Source of the DNA: Candidatus Moraniibacteriota bacterium
GTDB lineage: Bacteria > Patescibacteriota > Minisyncoccia > Moranbacterales > UBA1568
Assembly (NCBI GenBank): GCA_049290235.1
Contig: JBATNG010000045.1
Span: 12,717-76,716, forward strand
Direction of reading: 5' to 3'
Length of the DNA: 64,000 nucleotides
In this document: positions 16,683 through 26,328 of the stretch, one piece after another
Layout of the letters: every line of letters starts with the position of its first letter
How positions within the stretch are numbered: position 1 is the stretch's first letter
Position numbers and translations under genes: made by a program
The notes under the pieces: generated by a model
Told to the model about the DNA's origin: nothing
The model's input: only the letters and a program-made list of their open reading frames with translations
Database searches by the model: none

Positions 16683-17828
16683 ATGGATCACAAAGCGGAA
16701 AAGATCGCCGTCCTCGTCTCGGGCGGAGTGGATAGCTCTGTCACCCTCGCGCTCCTCAAGGCGGCGGGTTTTGATGTGACGGCGTTTTACATCAAGATCT
16801 GGCTCGAGGAGGAACTGGCTTTTCTGGGGGATTGCCCGTGGGAAGAAGACCTGGCGTATGTCCGCGCCGTGGCGGAAAAGCTCGGTGTGCCGCTTGAAAT
16901 TGTATCGCTCCAGAAAGAGTACTGGGAACGAGTGGTCGCCGTCGCGATCGACGAGGTGAAAGCTGGGCGGACGCCGAATCCTGATATGCTCTGTAATGCC
17001 CGGATCAAGTTCGGTGCTTTTTATGATGCGATTGGGGACGGGTACACTAAGGTTGCAACGGGGCATTATGCTCAGACGGATGCATCGGTCAATTTCGACA
17101 CGCAGTTTTCTCTCCCTGATCGTTTACGCTCGCGGTCGTTCAAAACTGTGCCGCTGGAATTGATGGCGCCACGATTTCTGAAACGCGCCATCGATCCAGT
17201 AAAAGATCAGACCTATTTTCTCTCTCAGCTGTCGAAGTCACAGCTGTCCCGGGCGCTGTTTCCGATCGGTCAATATACCAAGCCAGAGGTCCGGGCGCTC
17301 GCGGAGAAATTCGCCCTGCCGAATGCCAAGCGTCGTGACAGTCAGGGAATTTGCTTCCTCGGAAAAATTCCGTTCGATGAATTCCTTCGCCATCATCTCG
17401 GAATAAAAAAAGGCCCGCTCGTCGAGTTCGAGACGGGGAAGGTCTTGGGTGAGCACAGTGGGTTTTGGTACTTCACGATCGGACAGCGCGAGGGGATCGG
17501 ACTGTCGGGTGGACCCTGGTATGTCGTGGCCAAGGACACAGCAACGAATACTATTTTCATTTCTCATGCCGAACACCGTGAAGAACGGGCGCGGGCGAGT
17601 TTCACTGTAACTGATCTGAATTGGTTTGGTGAATTGCCAGAAGATGGCGCCGAGCTTTCGGTGAAGCCTCGTCATGGACCGAAAGAATACGAGTGCCAGG
17701 TACAGTGGCGAGACGCAAAGACGCTGGAAGTATTTCTCCAAAAAGAAACCGACACCGGGGTGGCGTCGGGGCAGTATGCGGTATTTTACCGTGGTGACTA
17801 TTGTTTGGGCGGGGGAGTGATCATTTGA
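16683..17828 (+). CDS. mnmA: tRNA-specific 2-thiouridylase MnmA
   Basis: PP-loop AVLVSGGVDSS. CNARIKFGAFYD (active-site Cys region). C-terminal QYAVFYRGDYCLGGGVI. The ORF track start is TTG 16650; the ATG at 16683 gives the canonical MDHKAEKIAVL N-terminus. Confidence 0.9.
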   Translation: MDHKAEKIAVLVSGGVDSSVTLALLKAAGFDVTAFYIKIWLEEELAFLGDCPWEEDLAYVRAVAEKLGVPLEIVSLQKEYWERVVAVAIDEVKAGRTPNPDMLCNARIKFGAFYDAIGDGYTKVATGHYAQTDASVNFDTQFSLPDRLRSRSFKTVPLELMAPRFLKRAIDPVKDQTYFLSQLSKSQLSRALFPIGQYTKPEVRALAEKFALPNAKRRDSQGICFLGKIPFDEFLRHHLGIKKGPLVEFETGKVLGEHSGFWYFTIGQREGIGLSGGPWYVVAKDTATNTIFISHAEHREERARASFTVTDLNWFGELPEDGAELSVKPRHGPKEYECQVQWRDAKTLEVFLQKETDTGVASGQYAVFYRGDYCLGGGVII

Positions 17829-18339
17829 TCAGGTTGAGGATGACCTGCCTCACCCGTTTGGATGCGGCGAGAAGGTCATTCTTCAGTCCAGTTTCGTCTT
17901 CTGAGGTCGAAATTACAGATGATGCGAGGAGGGTATCCTCATCTAGAAAAATGCAAAGCGATGAAAGAGAAAAAGAAAGCATTTCGGGCAAGGAATGTTG
18001 ATCGAACAGACGATGTCCCACGAAGACTGTTTCCCCAGACACGGATACGAGCAAAAGGTGTGGGTTTCGAGTCGGTGCATCGAAGCATCCATGAGTGATT
18101 TCGCTCACGCGTTGTATGATGGAATGGAATTCGGTTAGCGATAATCTTTTCATGACATCGCCAAACGCTACCGATATGGTAATGTGAGCAGGACTCTGGT
18201 CGAAGACTACAGGTAATAATGCCCTATCAGGGAGCGGGTTCGAACCTGAGTACATTGGCACGGCAAGTCTGCTGCACCATCTCTGTTCCCCACTGTCGTA
18301 TATGGGATGTACGGCTGTTTCAAGCTGAAGGTAGCGCAT
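17821..18339 (-). CDS. hypothetical protein, possibly degenerate 2H-phosphoesterase (LigT/ThpR-like)
   Basis: 172 aa. It contains PAHITISVAFG, resembling the first H-x-T-x motif of LigT/ThpR. The second motif is degenerate (NPHLLLVSV). It overlaps mnmA and mutY by a few nt on the opposite strand. Confidence 0.35.
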   Translation of the reverse strand: MRYLQLETAVHPIYDSGEQRWCSRLAVPMYSGSNPLPDRALLPVVFDQSPAHITISVAFGDVMKRLSLTEFHSIIQRVSEITHGCFDAPTRNPHLLLVSVSGETVFVGHRLFDQHSLPEMLSFSLSSLCIFLDEDTLLASSVISTSEDETGLKNDLLAASKRVRQVILNLIK

Positions 18340-19402
18340 GTCTTTCTCCTTGACTGCAGTTGATGGGAAGGTGCTGGGTCATTCATGCCTGGTTCGGCAT
18401 GAAGAAAAAGTCTACAATGACATGAACACTATGTCAATCCGGCGAGAGAAAATTGCATTCTTTGAGCGAGTACTGCTTGATTTCTTCCGGAAAGCTGGGC
18501 GGGAGCATTTGCCGTGGCGTCGCCCAAAGATCACCGCGTATGAAGTCTGGGTGTCGGAGATCATGCTCCAGCAGACGCAGGTGTCGCGCGTCATCGGCTA
18601 CTACACGCGTTTCCTTGAGCGCTTTCCGACCATTGAATCATTGGCGCAGACGAGTTGGGAAGAATTCCTCCCGTATTATGAGGGCCTGGGCTATTATGCC
18701 CGCGGCCGGAACATGCTTTCCGCGGCCAAAGAAGTCGTCGCTAAGCATCAAGGGAAATTCCCTCGGGATGTCGAAGTCTTGCGAGGACTTCCAGGTATCG
18801 GACCATATACGGCGGCGGCAATCATGAGCTTCGCGTATGGCGATCGGCATTTGGCTTGGGACACGAATCTGAAACGTGTCGTGGGGCGATTCTTTCTTGG
18901 AAATAGGAATGCGGTGATTGATACGGACTACTTTGAGTCAAAGTTTACCAGTTCGAGAAAATCGTTGAATGCGGCACTGATGGACTTTGGCAGCGCGCTC
19001 TGTGTTGCTCGACCAAAGTGTGAAGCATGTCCCTTGCGATCCCGTTGTCTCTACACTCGAGAAGGCGGAAAACAAGAGAAGAGAAAGATGGCAGGGAAAA
19101 TGTTACCCCGGCAGGATTGGGCAAGAGCGGAAGCGGTCGTCATCCTGCATGATAAACACCGGGTCTACTATTCCTCGAAGCGGACGGTATATGCGCCATT
19201 TGTCCTTTCAGCAGGTTACAATACGCGGGCCGACATCAAAGCCTTTTTCCTGAAGCATTATGGGTTGACTCTGGCTGTCCGGCCGCCGCATGCGAAACGC
19301 GTCGAGGGTCAGCAGCCGAAGATCTTCGTCCACGCTCAGATCTTGCTCGGTCAGCCGACTTTTCGCGCTTTCGCCGCCGCTGAAATCACGGGGAAACATT
19401 GA
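18338..19402 (+). CDS. mutY: A/G-specific adenine DNA glycosylase MutY
   Basis: HhH-GPD segment WEEFLPYYEGLGYYARGRNMLSAAKEV...LRGLPGIGPYTAAAIMSFAY. 4Fe-4S cluster loop CVARPKCEACPLRSRC. C-terminal NUDIX-like domain. The true start may be an internal Met (MNTMSIRREK, about 18425). Confidence 0.85.
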   Translation: MSFSLTAVDGKVLGHSCLVRHEEKVYNDMNTMSIRREKIAFFERVLLDFFRKAGREHLPWRRPKITAYEVWVSEIMLQQTQVSRVIGYYTRFLERFPTIESLAQTSWEEFLPYYEGLGYYARGRNMLSAAKEVVAKHQGKFPRDVEVLRGLPGIGPYTAAAIMSFAYGDRHLAWDTNLKRVVGRFFLGNRNAVIDTDYFESKFTSSRKSLNAALMDFGSALCVARPKCEACPLRSRCLYTREGGKQEKRKMAGKMLPRQDWARAEAVVILHDKHRVYYSSKRTVYAPFVLSAGYNTRADIKAFFLKHYGLTLAVRPPHAKRVEGQQPKIFVHAQILLGQPTFRAFAAAEITGKH

Positions 19403-19472
19403 ATCATCCGCACCAGTTTTCTTGGGCGCTATTCTCCGCTATACTGTGGGTGATAGGCGCAAAACGAAACGT

Positions 19473-20534
19473 ATGCAAGTCCGCCATCTCAATGTCTACT
19501 TTTTCTTTCTGATCATGCTCCTGGTGGGTGTGACGGTGTTTTTCATTTTTCAGCCATTCCTCACCGCGATCGTCGCCGCCGCGATCCTCTCAGTACTCTT
19601 TCGGCCGACGTACCAGGCACTCCTCCGGATATCGCCGGGACGACCAGGCAGCGCCTCATTCCTCACTTGTCTCTTGGTTGGGGTCATCATCGTCACGCCG
19701 GTACTTTCGGTGCTCTCGCTCGCGATCGCAGAGGCGAATCATCTCTACCATACGATCGCTGAGGAGCGTTCATTCATCTCGGTGGTAGAAGTCGGGGTGC
19801 AGTCGATCCAAGAGACGTCGCTGGGTCAGATCGTGTTCAAGGATTCCGCGTTCACGACCGAGAGCATCATGGAGGATATCCGGCAGTTTAGCCAAAATGC
19901 CCTGGGGTTGCTCCAGGCGGCCTATCAGAGCGTGACGCACTTTGTTTTCTGGGTCTTCGTGATGTTCTTCACCCTCTTTTATTTCCTCATCGATGGCGAT
20001 CGGGCCTTCCGTCGGCTGATCCAGCTGTCTCCGCTCAAGACCGAACATGAGACTCTGCTCGCGGCCAAGTTTATCTCCATCAGCCGGGCGACCCTGAAAG
20101 GGACCATGGTAGTCGGTGCGATTCAGGGGCTCCTCGGCGGTCTCGCATTTTGGATTGTCGGCGTGCCTTCACCCGCGATCTGGGGACTGCTCATGATTCT
20201 CCTCTCCATCATACCGCTCGTCGGTTCGGCTCTGGTCTGGCTACCGGCAGGCATCATCCTGCTCCTCTTGGGACAAGTCTGGCAAGGGGCCTTTATCCTC
20301 GTCGTGGGTTCGGGTGTCATTTCACTCATCGACAATATCCTCCGGCCGAAGCTTGTCGGCAAAGACACGCAGATGCACCCGCTGATGGTGTTCTTTGCGA
20401 CCTTGGGCGGTATTTCACTCTTTGGTTTGCCGGGTTTCATCATCGGACCGATTATCGTCTCGCTTTTCATGGCGCTCGGTGAGATTTACTCCATCGAATT
20501 CAAAAATCAGTTGGCGGAATACAACAACGACTAA
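19473..20534 (+). CDS. AI-2E family transporter (PerM/UPF0118)
   Basis: Start at ATG 19473 (MQVRHLNVYFFF...). The longer ORF from 19290 overlaps mutY and is Arg/Ser-rich junk. Eight predicted TM helices. Motif GLLMILLSIIPLVGSALVWLPAGIILLL...GPIIVSLF is typical of the family. Confidence 0.8.
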   Translation: MQVRHLNVYFFFLIMLLVGVTVFFIFQPFLTAIVAAAILSVLFRPTYQALLRISPGRPGSASFLTCLLVGVIIVTPVLSVLSLAIAEANHLYHTIAEERSFISVVEVGVQSIQETSLGQIVFKDSAFTTESIMEDIRQFSQNALGLLQAAYQSVTHFVFWVFVMFFTLFYFLIDGDRAFRRLIQLSPLKTEHETLLAAKFISISRATLKGTMVVGAIQGLLGGLAFWIVGVPSPAIWGLLMILLSIIPLVGSALVWLPAGIILLLLGQVWQGAFILVVGSGVISLIDNILRPKLVGKDTQMHPLMVFFATLGGISLFGLPGFIIGPIIVSLFMALGEIYSIEFKNQLAEYNND

Positions 20535-20537
20535 GTT

Positions 20538-21353
20538 ATGCCCACTGCGTGGCAGTCGTTCCCACTCTCGATTGATCCGGTCGCCTTGATGGTTGGCGGT
20601 CTGCCGGTGACCTGGTATGCGATATTTTATATTGCGGGGGTGTTTGTCGCCGCAGTCTATTTCGTGTGGCTCGCTCGTCGGGCAGGGTTGCTCGCCGATG
20701 CCGATGCGACGGTCGAAGTGATCGTCAGTGTCCTGTGGGGCGTGCTCATCGGCGCCCGACTCGGGTATATTGCATTTTATGGCGGGCCAGACTTTATCAG
20801 CGAGCCGTGGAGGATCATCTTGCCGTATGATTTCGACCAAGACCGGTGGGTCGGCATCCGGGGAATGAGTTTCCACGGCGGCCTCATTGGTGGCGCAGTG
20901 GGGCTCTTCATGTTCACTCGCGAGCGAAGGCGCGGATTCCTCCCGTTCTCGGATTCCCTCGTTCAGGCTGTGCCGTTGGCCATCATTTTCGGCCGAATCG
21001 GAAACTTCCTCAATCAGGAGATACTTGGGCGTTCGACCAGTCTGCCGTGGGGGATGTATTTCCCAGGCTCGGGGTCGCTGCTCCATCCCGTCGTACTCTA
21101 TGAGGCGGCAACCGAAGGGGTGATTTTGTTCCTGGTGCTGGCGGCCCTGAAGCCGCTCCAGATGGCGCCGGGGCGCATGACGGTGGTCTTTCTGTTCCTC
21201 TATGCGGGTATCCGTTACCTGATGGAATATTTCCGTGCCGTTCCACACACACTGGTCTTTGGTATATTCACGACCGGCCAAGCCCTTTCCGTGGCGTTGG
21301 CGCTCTCTGGAGCGGTCATCCTCCTGGCGACCCGGAAACGCGTGGTATACTGA
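20538..21353 (+). CDS. lgt: prolipoprotein diacylglyceryl transferase
   Basis: Lgt signature IIFGRIGNFLNQEILGRSTSLPWGMYF and the conserved HPVVLYEA region. A 342-aa antisense ORF over the same span is rejected. Confidence 0.9.
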   Translation: MPTAWQSFPLSIDPVALMVGGLPVTWYAIFYIAGVFVAAVYFVWLARRAGLLADADATVEVIVSVLWGVLIGARLGYIAFYGGPDFISEPWRIILPYDFDQDRWVGIRGMSFHGGLIGGAVGLFMFTRERRRGFLPFSDSLVQAVPLAIIFGRIGNFLNQEILGRSTSLPWGMYFPGSGSLLHPVVLYEAATEGVILFLVLAALKPLQMAPGRMTVVFLFLYAGIRYLMEYFRAVPHTLVFGIFTTGQALSVALALSGAVILLATRKRVVY

Positions 21354-21365
21354 AAACAACACTCT

Positions 21366-21743
21366 ATGGAAAAGAAACACGGCATCATGCTCGCGGTTGG
21401 TCTCGTCGTTATCGTTGGCGGTCTCATCTGGTGGGGGCTGCATGAAGACGGAACAAAAGCGTCACTCGATCAGTCCGTCACGACCTATTTTTATGGCGAG
21501 ACCTGTCCGCATTGTCTCGATGTTCAGAAATTCCTCGATGAGAATAAAGTCGCGGAAAAGTTCAGTTTCGTGAAGCGTGAAGTGTGGAGCAACCGGTCCA
21601 ATGCGGCGCTGATGCGCGAGGCGGCCGGCATCTGTGCCTTGAATAGCCAAGAGATCGCTGTGCCGTTTGTTTTTTCAGCCGGCCAGTGCCTGGTCGGGAC
21701 GCCCAAAGTCATCGAATTTTTCAAACAAAAAGCCGGTATCTGA
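21366..21743 (+). CDS. membrane-anchored thioredoxin-fold protein (CxxC)
   Basis: N-terminal TM helix MLAVGLVVIVGGLIWWGL, then YFYGETCPHCLDVQKFL, a CPHC redox motif in a glutaredoxin/thioredoxin-like context. Confidence 0.6.
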   Translation: MEKKHGIMLAVGLVVIVGGLIWWGLHEDGTKASLDQSVTTYFYGETCPHCLDVQKFLDENKVAEKFSFVKREVWSNRSNAALMREAAGICALNSQEIAVPFVFSAGQCLVGTPKVIEFFKQKAGI

Positions 21744-21978
21744 ACTCATGCGCGAAATCGTCCCGCCCAAAGCGAAGCCTATATCGCACGCCAAGATGCT
21801 CTTCGATGGCGTAGCGCATGGTCGCGAATACTGCTCACCGCGGCCGGGTTCGGCACCACGTCCACTTGTTTCACCGGCGATGATTCGGGCGAGGCGTCAA
21901 TTGGATGCGGTGTTGTTGAGAGAATCAACTGCTTCTCACAGCCGTTTTTTCGGGTTCCAGCGTCGGTGGAAGAAATGG

Positions 21979-22737
21979 ATGCTCTTTCGGCGGGTGTTCG
22001 TGATTTCGCGTCGCATCAGTCGTCGTGTCGGACGGCTATTGCCAGCGCCAGGGAATCTGTCGCCGAAAAAAGCGCTCTATGCCTCGCTCTTCGCGGGGGT
22101 GAGTTTCGGCATGGTGTCGATGTCGGTCATCCAGGATGTGAGCGGAGATGAAGCCAATGCGGGTTCGCCGGCACCGGTGGCGGCCGTGGCTGAGTCGGAT
22201 GAAACCTCGAAAATCGCCAAAGAACTCTCCGAAGAGAAGAAGAAGTATGATCCGAATGACGATCTCTTTCTCCAGTTCTTCAGCGAGGCTGAGAAGGAGG
22301 AATACCGCGATCAGATCCAGGAGCTCGTCAAAGGCTATCCGATCGAAGACATGCTGCCGTACATCCTCGAGAAAGACCGGATCGTGGCAGCTTTCCTCAT
22401 CGGTATCGGCAAGAAAGAGAGCAATTGGGGGAAACGGGTCCCGGTGCTCGATGGTCAGGACTGCTTCAATTACTGGGGCTATCGGGGGGTGCGGCGATTG
22501 ATGGGAACAGGTGGGCATACCTGTTTCAATAGCCGCAAAGACGCGGTCGATACGGTCGCACTTCGGATCGAGTCGCTCATCTACTCGTCCAAAATCGACA
22601 CCCCGGCCAAGATGATTATCTGGAAGTGCGGCTACAGCTGTGACGGCCACTCTCGAGAGAGCGTCCGGAAATGGATTGCCGACGTGGACATGTATTTCAA
22701 GGAGTTGAACCAAGCTGAGGGTGGTCCGATCGATTAG
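21979..22737 (+). CDS. secreted Cys-containing protein, paralog 1 (possible lysozyme-like/Rpf-like fold), start uncertain
   Basis: The C-terminal 150 aa align with the downstream paralog: KGYPIE.M.P.I.E.DR..A.LIGI.KKESNWGKRVP...DCFNYWGY.G...GH.CF...IWKCG.SC..HS.ESVRKWI.DVD.YF. The ATG at 21979 has GGTGGA 9 nt upstream and yields an Arg-rich n-region followed by the hydrophobic ALYASLFAGVSFGMVSMSVI. The ATG at 21748 is possible but gives Arg-rich junk. Confidence 0.55.
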   Translation: MLFRRVFVISRRISRRVGRLLPAPGNLSPKKALYASLFAGVSFGMVSMSVIQDVSGDEANAGSPAPVAAVAESDETSKIAKELSEEKKKYDPNDDLFLQFFSEAEKEEYRDQIQELVKGYPIEDMLPYILEKDRIVAAFLIGIGKKESNWGKRVPVLDGQDCFNYWGYRGVRRLMGTGGHTCFNSRKDAVDTVALRIESLIYSSKIDTPAKMIIWKCGYSCDGHSRESVRKWIADVDMYFKELNQAEGGPID

Positions 22738-22789
22738 CTCGGTCAAAATCCTGGAGTCTTGACTTACTGATTTTATATGTCGTAGTATC

Positions 22790-22816
22790 GACTGCCTTAG
22801 CGGGCAGTTTTATTGC
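22790..22816 (+). terminator. Rho-independent terminator after paralog 1
   Basis: ACTGCC-TTAGC-GGGCAGT followed by TTTTATTGCTTG. Confidence 0.5.
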
Positions 22817-22943
22817 TTGTATAAGCCAGAAAGTCGTATTTTTTTGGCAAAAAACCTTTGACCGAGCGAGCTGAAAATGCTATCCTCAGGTTTGTGTCCC
22901 AAGTGGGATTCGCCAGAAAAAGATGTATTCTTAACGTTTTTCT

Positions 22944-23699
22944 ATGCGTATTTTCCGGGGAGTTTCGGTCGTCTGGCAGCGCAAGAATCAAGGTCGAATA
23001 CTCCAACCTTGCCAGGCCCTCAGCCTCGTTGGTCTGTTGTTTCTTTCCTTTAGTCCGGTAGCAGTCGGGTCAAGTAATCCAGACACGGACGTGCAGCCGA
23101 ATTCCGCGAGTCGTCAGGTGAGTCTCTGTGATTGGCAGCGGGACTATGACTTCTTCACCGATACGGCGAAGACAGAGAAAGTCGAGTCGTCACCCTGCGA
23201 ACAAGTATTCCCTCAGTCGGCGGGATCCAGGAGTGCCGACTCGTCACAGGAGAAGACAGTGAGCCATGAAAAAAAAGCGTTCGAGGCCGAGCTCCGAGCC
23301 ATCGTCAAGGGCTACCCGATCGAAGTGATGGTCCCTGTGATTGCGGAGTATGATCGGGACATCGCGGGTCTCATCGTCGGTATCGCCAAGAAAGAGAGTA
23401 ATTGGGGCAAACGCGTCCCGCGGACATCCGGCGGGGACGACTGTTTCAATTATTGGGGGTACAAAGGGGCAGGCGCGCGCGGTGTCGCGATGGGGCATGG
23501 CTGTTTCGGCGAATCAGCGGAGGCGGTGCACGCGATCGGTGGTCGATTACAAGAGCTCACGCGACTTCGGCAGACGAGCGAACCAGCCAATTTGACCATC
23601 TGGAAATGTGGTTCGTCTTGCGCGAGTCATTCGCCTGAAAGCGTCCGGAAGTGGATCTCGGATGTCGACTTGTATTTCCGCGCCATCGCTCGGAAATGA
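22944..23699 (+). CDS. secreted Cys-containing protein, paralog 2
   Basis: 251 aa. Signal-peptide-like ILQPCQALSLVGLLFLSFSPVAVGSS. It shares the KGYPIEVMVPVIAEYDRDIAGLIVGIAKKESNWGKRVP...DCFNYWGYKG...GHGCF...IWKCGSSCASHSPESVRKWISDVDLYF core with paralog 1. Confidence 0.6.
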   Translation: MRIFRGVSVVWQRKNQGRILQPCQALSLVGLLFLSFSPVAVGSSNPDTDVQPNSASRQVSLCDWQRDYDFFTDTAKTEKVESSPCEQVFPQSAGSRSADSSQEKTVSHEKKAFEAELRAIVKGYPIEVMVPVIAEYDRDIAGLIVGIAKKESNWGKRVPRTSGGDDCFNYWGYKGAGARGVAMGHGCFGESAEAVHAIGGRLQELTRLRQTSEPANLTIWKCGSSCASHSPESVRKWISDVDLYFRAIARK

Positions 23700-23759
23700 C
23701 AGTGTCGAGTCCTGGGGCCGGATGAGGTTGAGGTGGCCGCGGTGACGATCGGGTAGGGT

Positions 23760-23797
23760 GCTCCACGGTTACATTGGTGGGGTGGTATACTAGAGAC
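23760..23797 (+). promoter_or_regulatory. extended -10 promoter (TGGTATACT) for the permease gene
   Basis: TGGTATACT at 23783-23791, about 20 nt upstream of the ATG at 23811. The same 9-mer recurs at 43146-43154 and 52177-52185. Confidence 0.5.
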
Positions 23798-23810
23798 AAA
23801 AGAAAATCCC

Positions 23811-24749
23811 ATGCACTGGCTTACTTTCGCGCTTGCGGGCTATTTTTTCAATGCGGTCACCGTTCTCTTCGATAAGTTTCTCCTGGCTGGCCGGATCAAG
23901 GAGCCGGTAGTGTATGCCTTTTTCGTTTCTATCCTGTCGCTCTTCGCGATTGTTCTCGTACCATTCGGTTTTCAACCGATCCCGTGGCAGACAGTGGTCG
24001 TGTTCGTGATCTCCGGTATGCTGTTCCTCTACGGCTTGGTGGCGTTTTATAATGCCGTGCAGCGCAGTGAAATCTCGCGTGTTGCACCGCTGGTCGGTAT
24101 CACGGTTTCCGTCATCGCGGGTGTCGCCTCGCTCGCGTTCGGTCCGGCGGCCTATGTCACGCTGTCTCCCGGCCACTTCTTCTCGCTGCTGCTGATCCTG
24201 GCTGGGGCTTTCCTCATCGCGTTTGACCTCCCCCTGAAGAAGAATGATGCGCTCATGAAGTCGACCCTCTTGGCCGGGGCACTCATGGCGCTCTCGCTCC
24301 TCTTCTTGAAGACCGGTTATCGGAATGCGGATTTCGTGAACGGCCTCCTCTGGTCGCGGCTGGGATTCATCATTGGTGGCTTCAGTCTCTTCATCATTCC
24401 CGACTATCGCCGCGTTATCCTGGAGAACACGCGTGGCCTCTCTTCATCCAATCGGCGCGACGTCTCAACCGGGATTCTCTTTGTCCTCAACAAGATCTTC
24501 GGCGGGATTGCGACTTTTTTCCTGACTTACGCGGCCTTCCTCGGGCCGGTGACCTTTATCCAGGCGTTGAACGGCGTCCAGTATGCCTTTGTGCTTGTCC
24601 TCGCGATCCCGCTCGCGTTCCGCTACCCGAAGGTCTTCGAGGAGAAGCTCTACTTCTGGGATTGGTTCCAAAAGGGGTTGGCCGTCATCCTTATCGCGCT
24701 TGGGATGTGGCTGGCCGTGACCCAGGGGGCCGATTTCCTCTTTCTCTAA
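23811..24749 (+). CDS. polytopic membrane protein, possible DMT/EamA-like permease
   Basis: 312 aa with about 10 TM helices in two halves. No sharp motif, so the family assignment is tentative. Confidence 0.45.
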   Translation: MHWLTFALAGYFFNAVTVLFDKFLLAGRIKEPVVYAFFVSILSLFAIVLVPFGFQPIPWQTVVVFVISGMLFLYGLVAFYNAVQRSEISRVAPLVGITVSVIAGVASLAFGPAAYVTLSPGHFFSLLLILAGAFLIAFDLPLKKNDALMKSTLLAGALMALSLLFLKTGYRNADFVNGLLWSRLGFIIGGFSLFIIPDYRRVILENTRGLSSSNRRDVSTGILFVLNKIFGGIATFFLTYAAFLGPVTFIQALNGVQYAFVLVLAIPLAFRYPKVFEEKLYFWDWFQKGLAVILIALGMWLAVTQGADFLFL

Positions 24750-24753
24750 ACGA

Positions 24754-25812
24754 ATGGATAGTGAAATGAAAAATCTACCTCCAGCCCCCATTCGTTCACT
24801 GTGGCGCGGCGTGATCAAAGTGATCGGGTACACGCTCCTCGGATGTATTCTCCTGGTCGTGCTTCTCTTTGGGTACTTCAATCTGCCCGGACCGGCGCCG
24901 CGCGAAGACATCCATCTTGGCATGACTTTTTCATCGCGCTATGCGACTGATCTGGGTTTGGATTGGCACGAAACCTATCTTGCCCTCCTCAATGACATCG
25001 GGGTGAAGAAACTTCGGCTGCCAGTCTATTGGGATCTCACCGAGAAAGAAAAAGGGGTATATGATTTTACTGATCTCGACTGGCAGTTAGCTGAAGCCAA
25101 AAAAAATGGTGTCACTGTGATCCTGACGGTGGGTATCAAAGTACCCCGCTGGCCGGAGTGTCATATCCCACCGTGGGCTCGGGACGATACGGCACTGCGC
25201 CAGGCGGGGATACTCCGTTTCATCCGCGAGACTATCGCTCGATACCGGGACGATCCGACCGTCGTGAAGTGGCAGGTTGAGAACGAGCCATTTCTCAGTT
25301 TCGGCGTCTGTCCTGCTTTTGATGTTTCCTTTCTCGAGCAAGAAGTCGCGCTCGTGAAGACGCTGGACCGAACGCGACCGGTACTCCTGACCGATAGCGG
25401 CGAGTTGTCCGTCTGGTTCGGGGCCGCGAGCCGTGGCGATGAATTCGGTACGACACTGTACCGGGATATTTACAGCAAACATGCCGGCGGTTATTTCACG
25501 TATCCGGTCGGGCCCAATTTCTTCTGTGCCAAAGAATTGCTCGTCCGACTGCTCACCGATCAAAAACATTTTTCAGTCATCGAACTCCAGGCTGAGCCGT
25601 GGGCGAGCGGCTGGGTCGCCAATGTGCCGCTCGAGGAACAGTTCATCACGATGAATGAAAAGCGTCTCGAGGACAATGTCACCTATGCGAGGCGCGTCGG
25701 ATTCGAGGATATCTACCTCTGGGGCGGCGAGTGGTGGTATTGGCTGAAAACCAAGAAAGAGTATCCAGCTGTTTGGGAGAAGGGGAGAGAGTTATTCCAG
25801 CGGTATCCGTAA
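24754..25812 (+). CDS. membrane-anchored glycoside hydrolase (clan GH-A TIM-barrel, cellulase/mannanase-like)
   Basis: N-terminal TM helix, then a TIM-barrel-like domain with KWQVENEP (the NEP acid/base motif of clan GH-A) and a later ELQAEPW region consistent with a nucleophile Glu. Confidence 0.5.
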   Translation: MDSEMKNLPPAPIRSLWRGVIKVIGYTLLGCILLVVLLFGYFNLPGPAPREDIHLGMTFSSRYATDLGLDWHETYLALLNDIGVKKLRLPVYWDLTEKEKGVYDFTDLDWQLAEAKKNGVTVILTVGIKVPRWPECHIPPWARDDTALRQAGILRFIRETIARYRDDPTVVKWQVENEPFLSFGVCPAFDVSFLEQEVALVKTLDRTRPVLLTDSGELSVWFGAASRGDEFGTTLYRDIYSKHAGGYFTYPVGPNFFCAKELLVRLLTDQKHFSVIELQAEPWASGWVANVPLEEQFITMNEKRLEDNVTYARRVGFEDIYLWGGEWWYWLKTKKEYPAVWEKGRELFQRYP

Positions 25813-25818
25813 CCATGC

Positions 25819-26328
25819 ATGATCCTCATCCTCGACAATCTCCGGAGTGCGTACAATGTCGGGGCCCTGTTCCGGTCGGCGGATGGCGTGGGTGTGACGC
25901 ATGTCTATCTGGTCGGGATTACGCCTGTCCCACCCAAGAAGGGGCAGCTCTTTCTCTCTGCGGCCGAGAAAGCATTGCAAAAGACGGCGCTCGGTGCCGA
26001 GTCGGTCATACCGTGGTCGAGCGTGAAATCCCTCGCCCGTCTCATCGCTCGGCTCAAACGTGACGGGTATGAGATCATCGCACTCGAGGAAGGATCGGCC
26101 AGAGCGAGTCTCGACTATCGGGCTTGGCGTCCCAAGCGCGGGTATGAGCCGGCCTTGATCGTCGGCAATGAAGTCACCGGTCTGGATGAGAAAGCACTCG
26201 CGTGTGCGGACACCCTCCTCCATCTGCCGATGCGGGGGATGAAACATTCGCTCAATGTGTCCGTGGCGGGTAGTATTGCTATGTACCACCTCTCGGCTAC
26301 AATGGAAATGAGAGTCTCTCGTGACTAG
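25819..26328 (+). CDS. SpoU/TrmH-family RNA 2'-O-methyltransferase
   Basis: LDNLRSAYNVGALFRSADGVGV...LIVGNEVTGL...HLPMRGMKHSLNVSVAGSIAMY are SPOUT motifs I-III. Confidence 0.85.
   Translation: MILILDNLRSAYNVGALFRSADGVGVTHVYLVGITPVPPKKGQLFLSAAEKALQKTALGAESVIPWSSVKSLARLIARLKRDGYEIIALEEGSARASLDYRAWRPKRGYEPALIVGNEVTGLDEKALACADTLLHLPMRGMKHSLNVSVAGSIAMYHLSATMEMRVSRD

Noticed and set aside
20415-21443. 342-aa minus-strand ORF
   Set aside because: It is antisense to lgt, which has the Lgt signature GRIGNFxNxE. The His/Arg/Asp-rich low-complexity translation is not a plausible protein.
21748-21978. N-terminal 77 aa of the long ORF for secreted paralog 1
   Set aside because: The region is Arg-rich low-complexity, lacks similarity to paralog 2 and has no RBS. 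The ATG at 21979 with a GGTGGA SD gives a paralog-like length (253 versus 251 aa).
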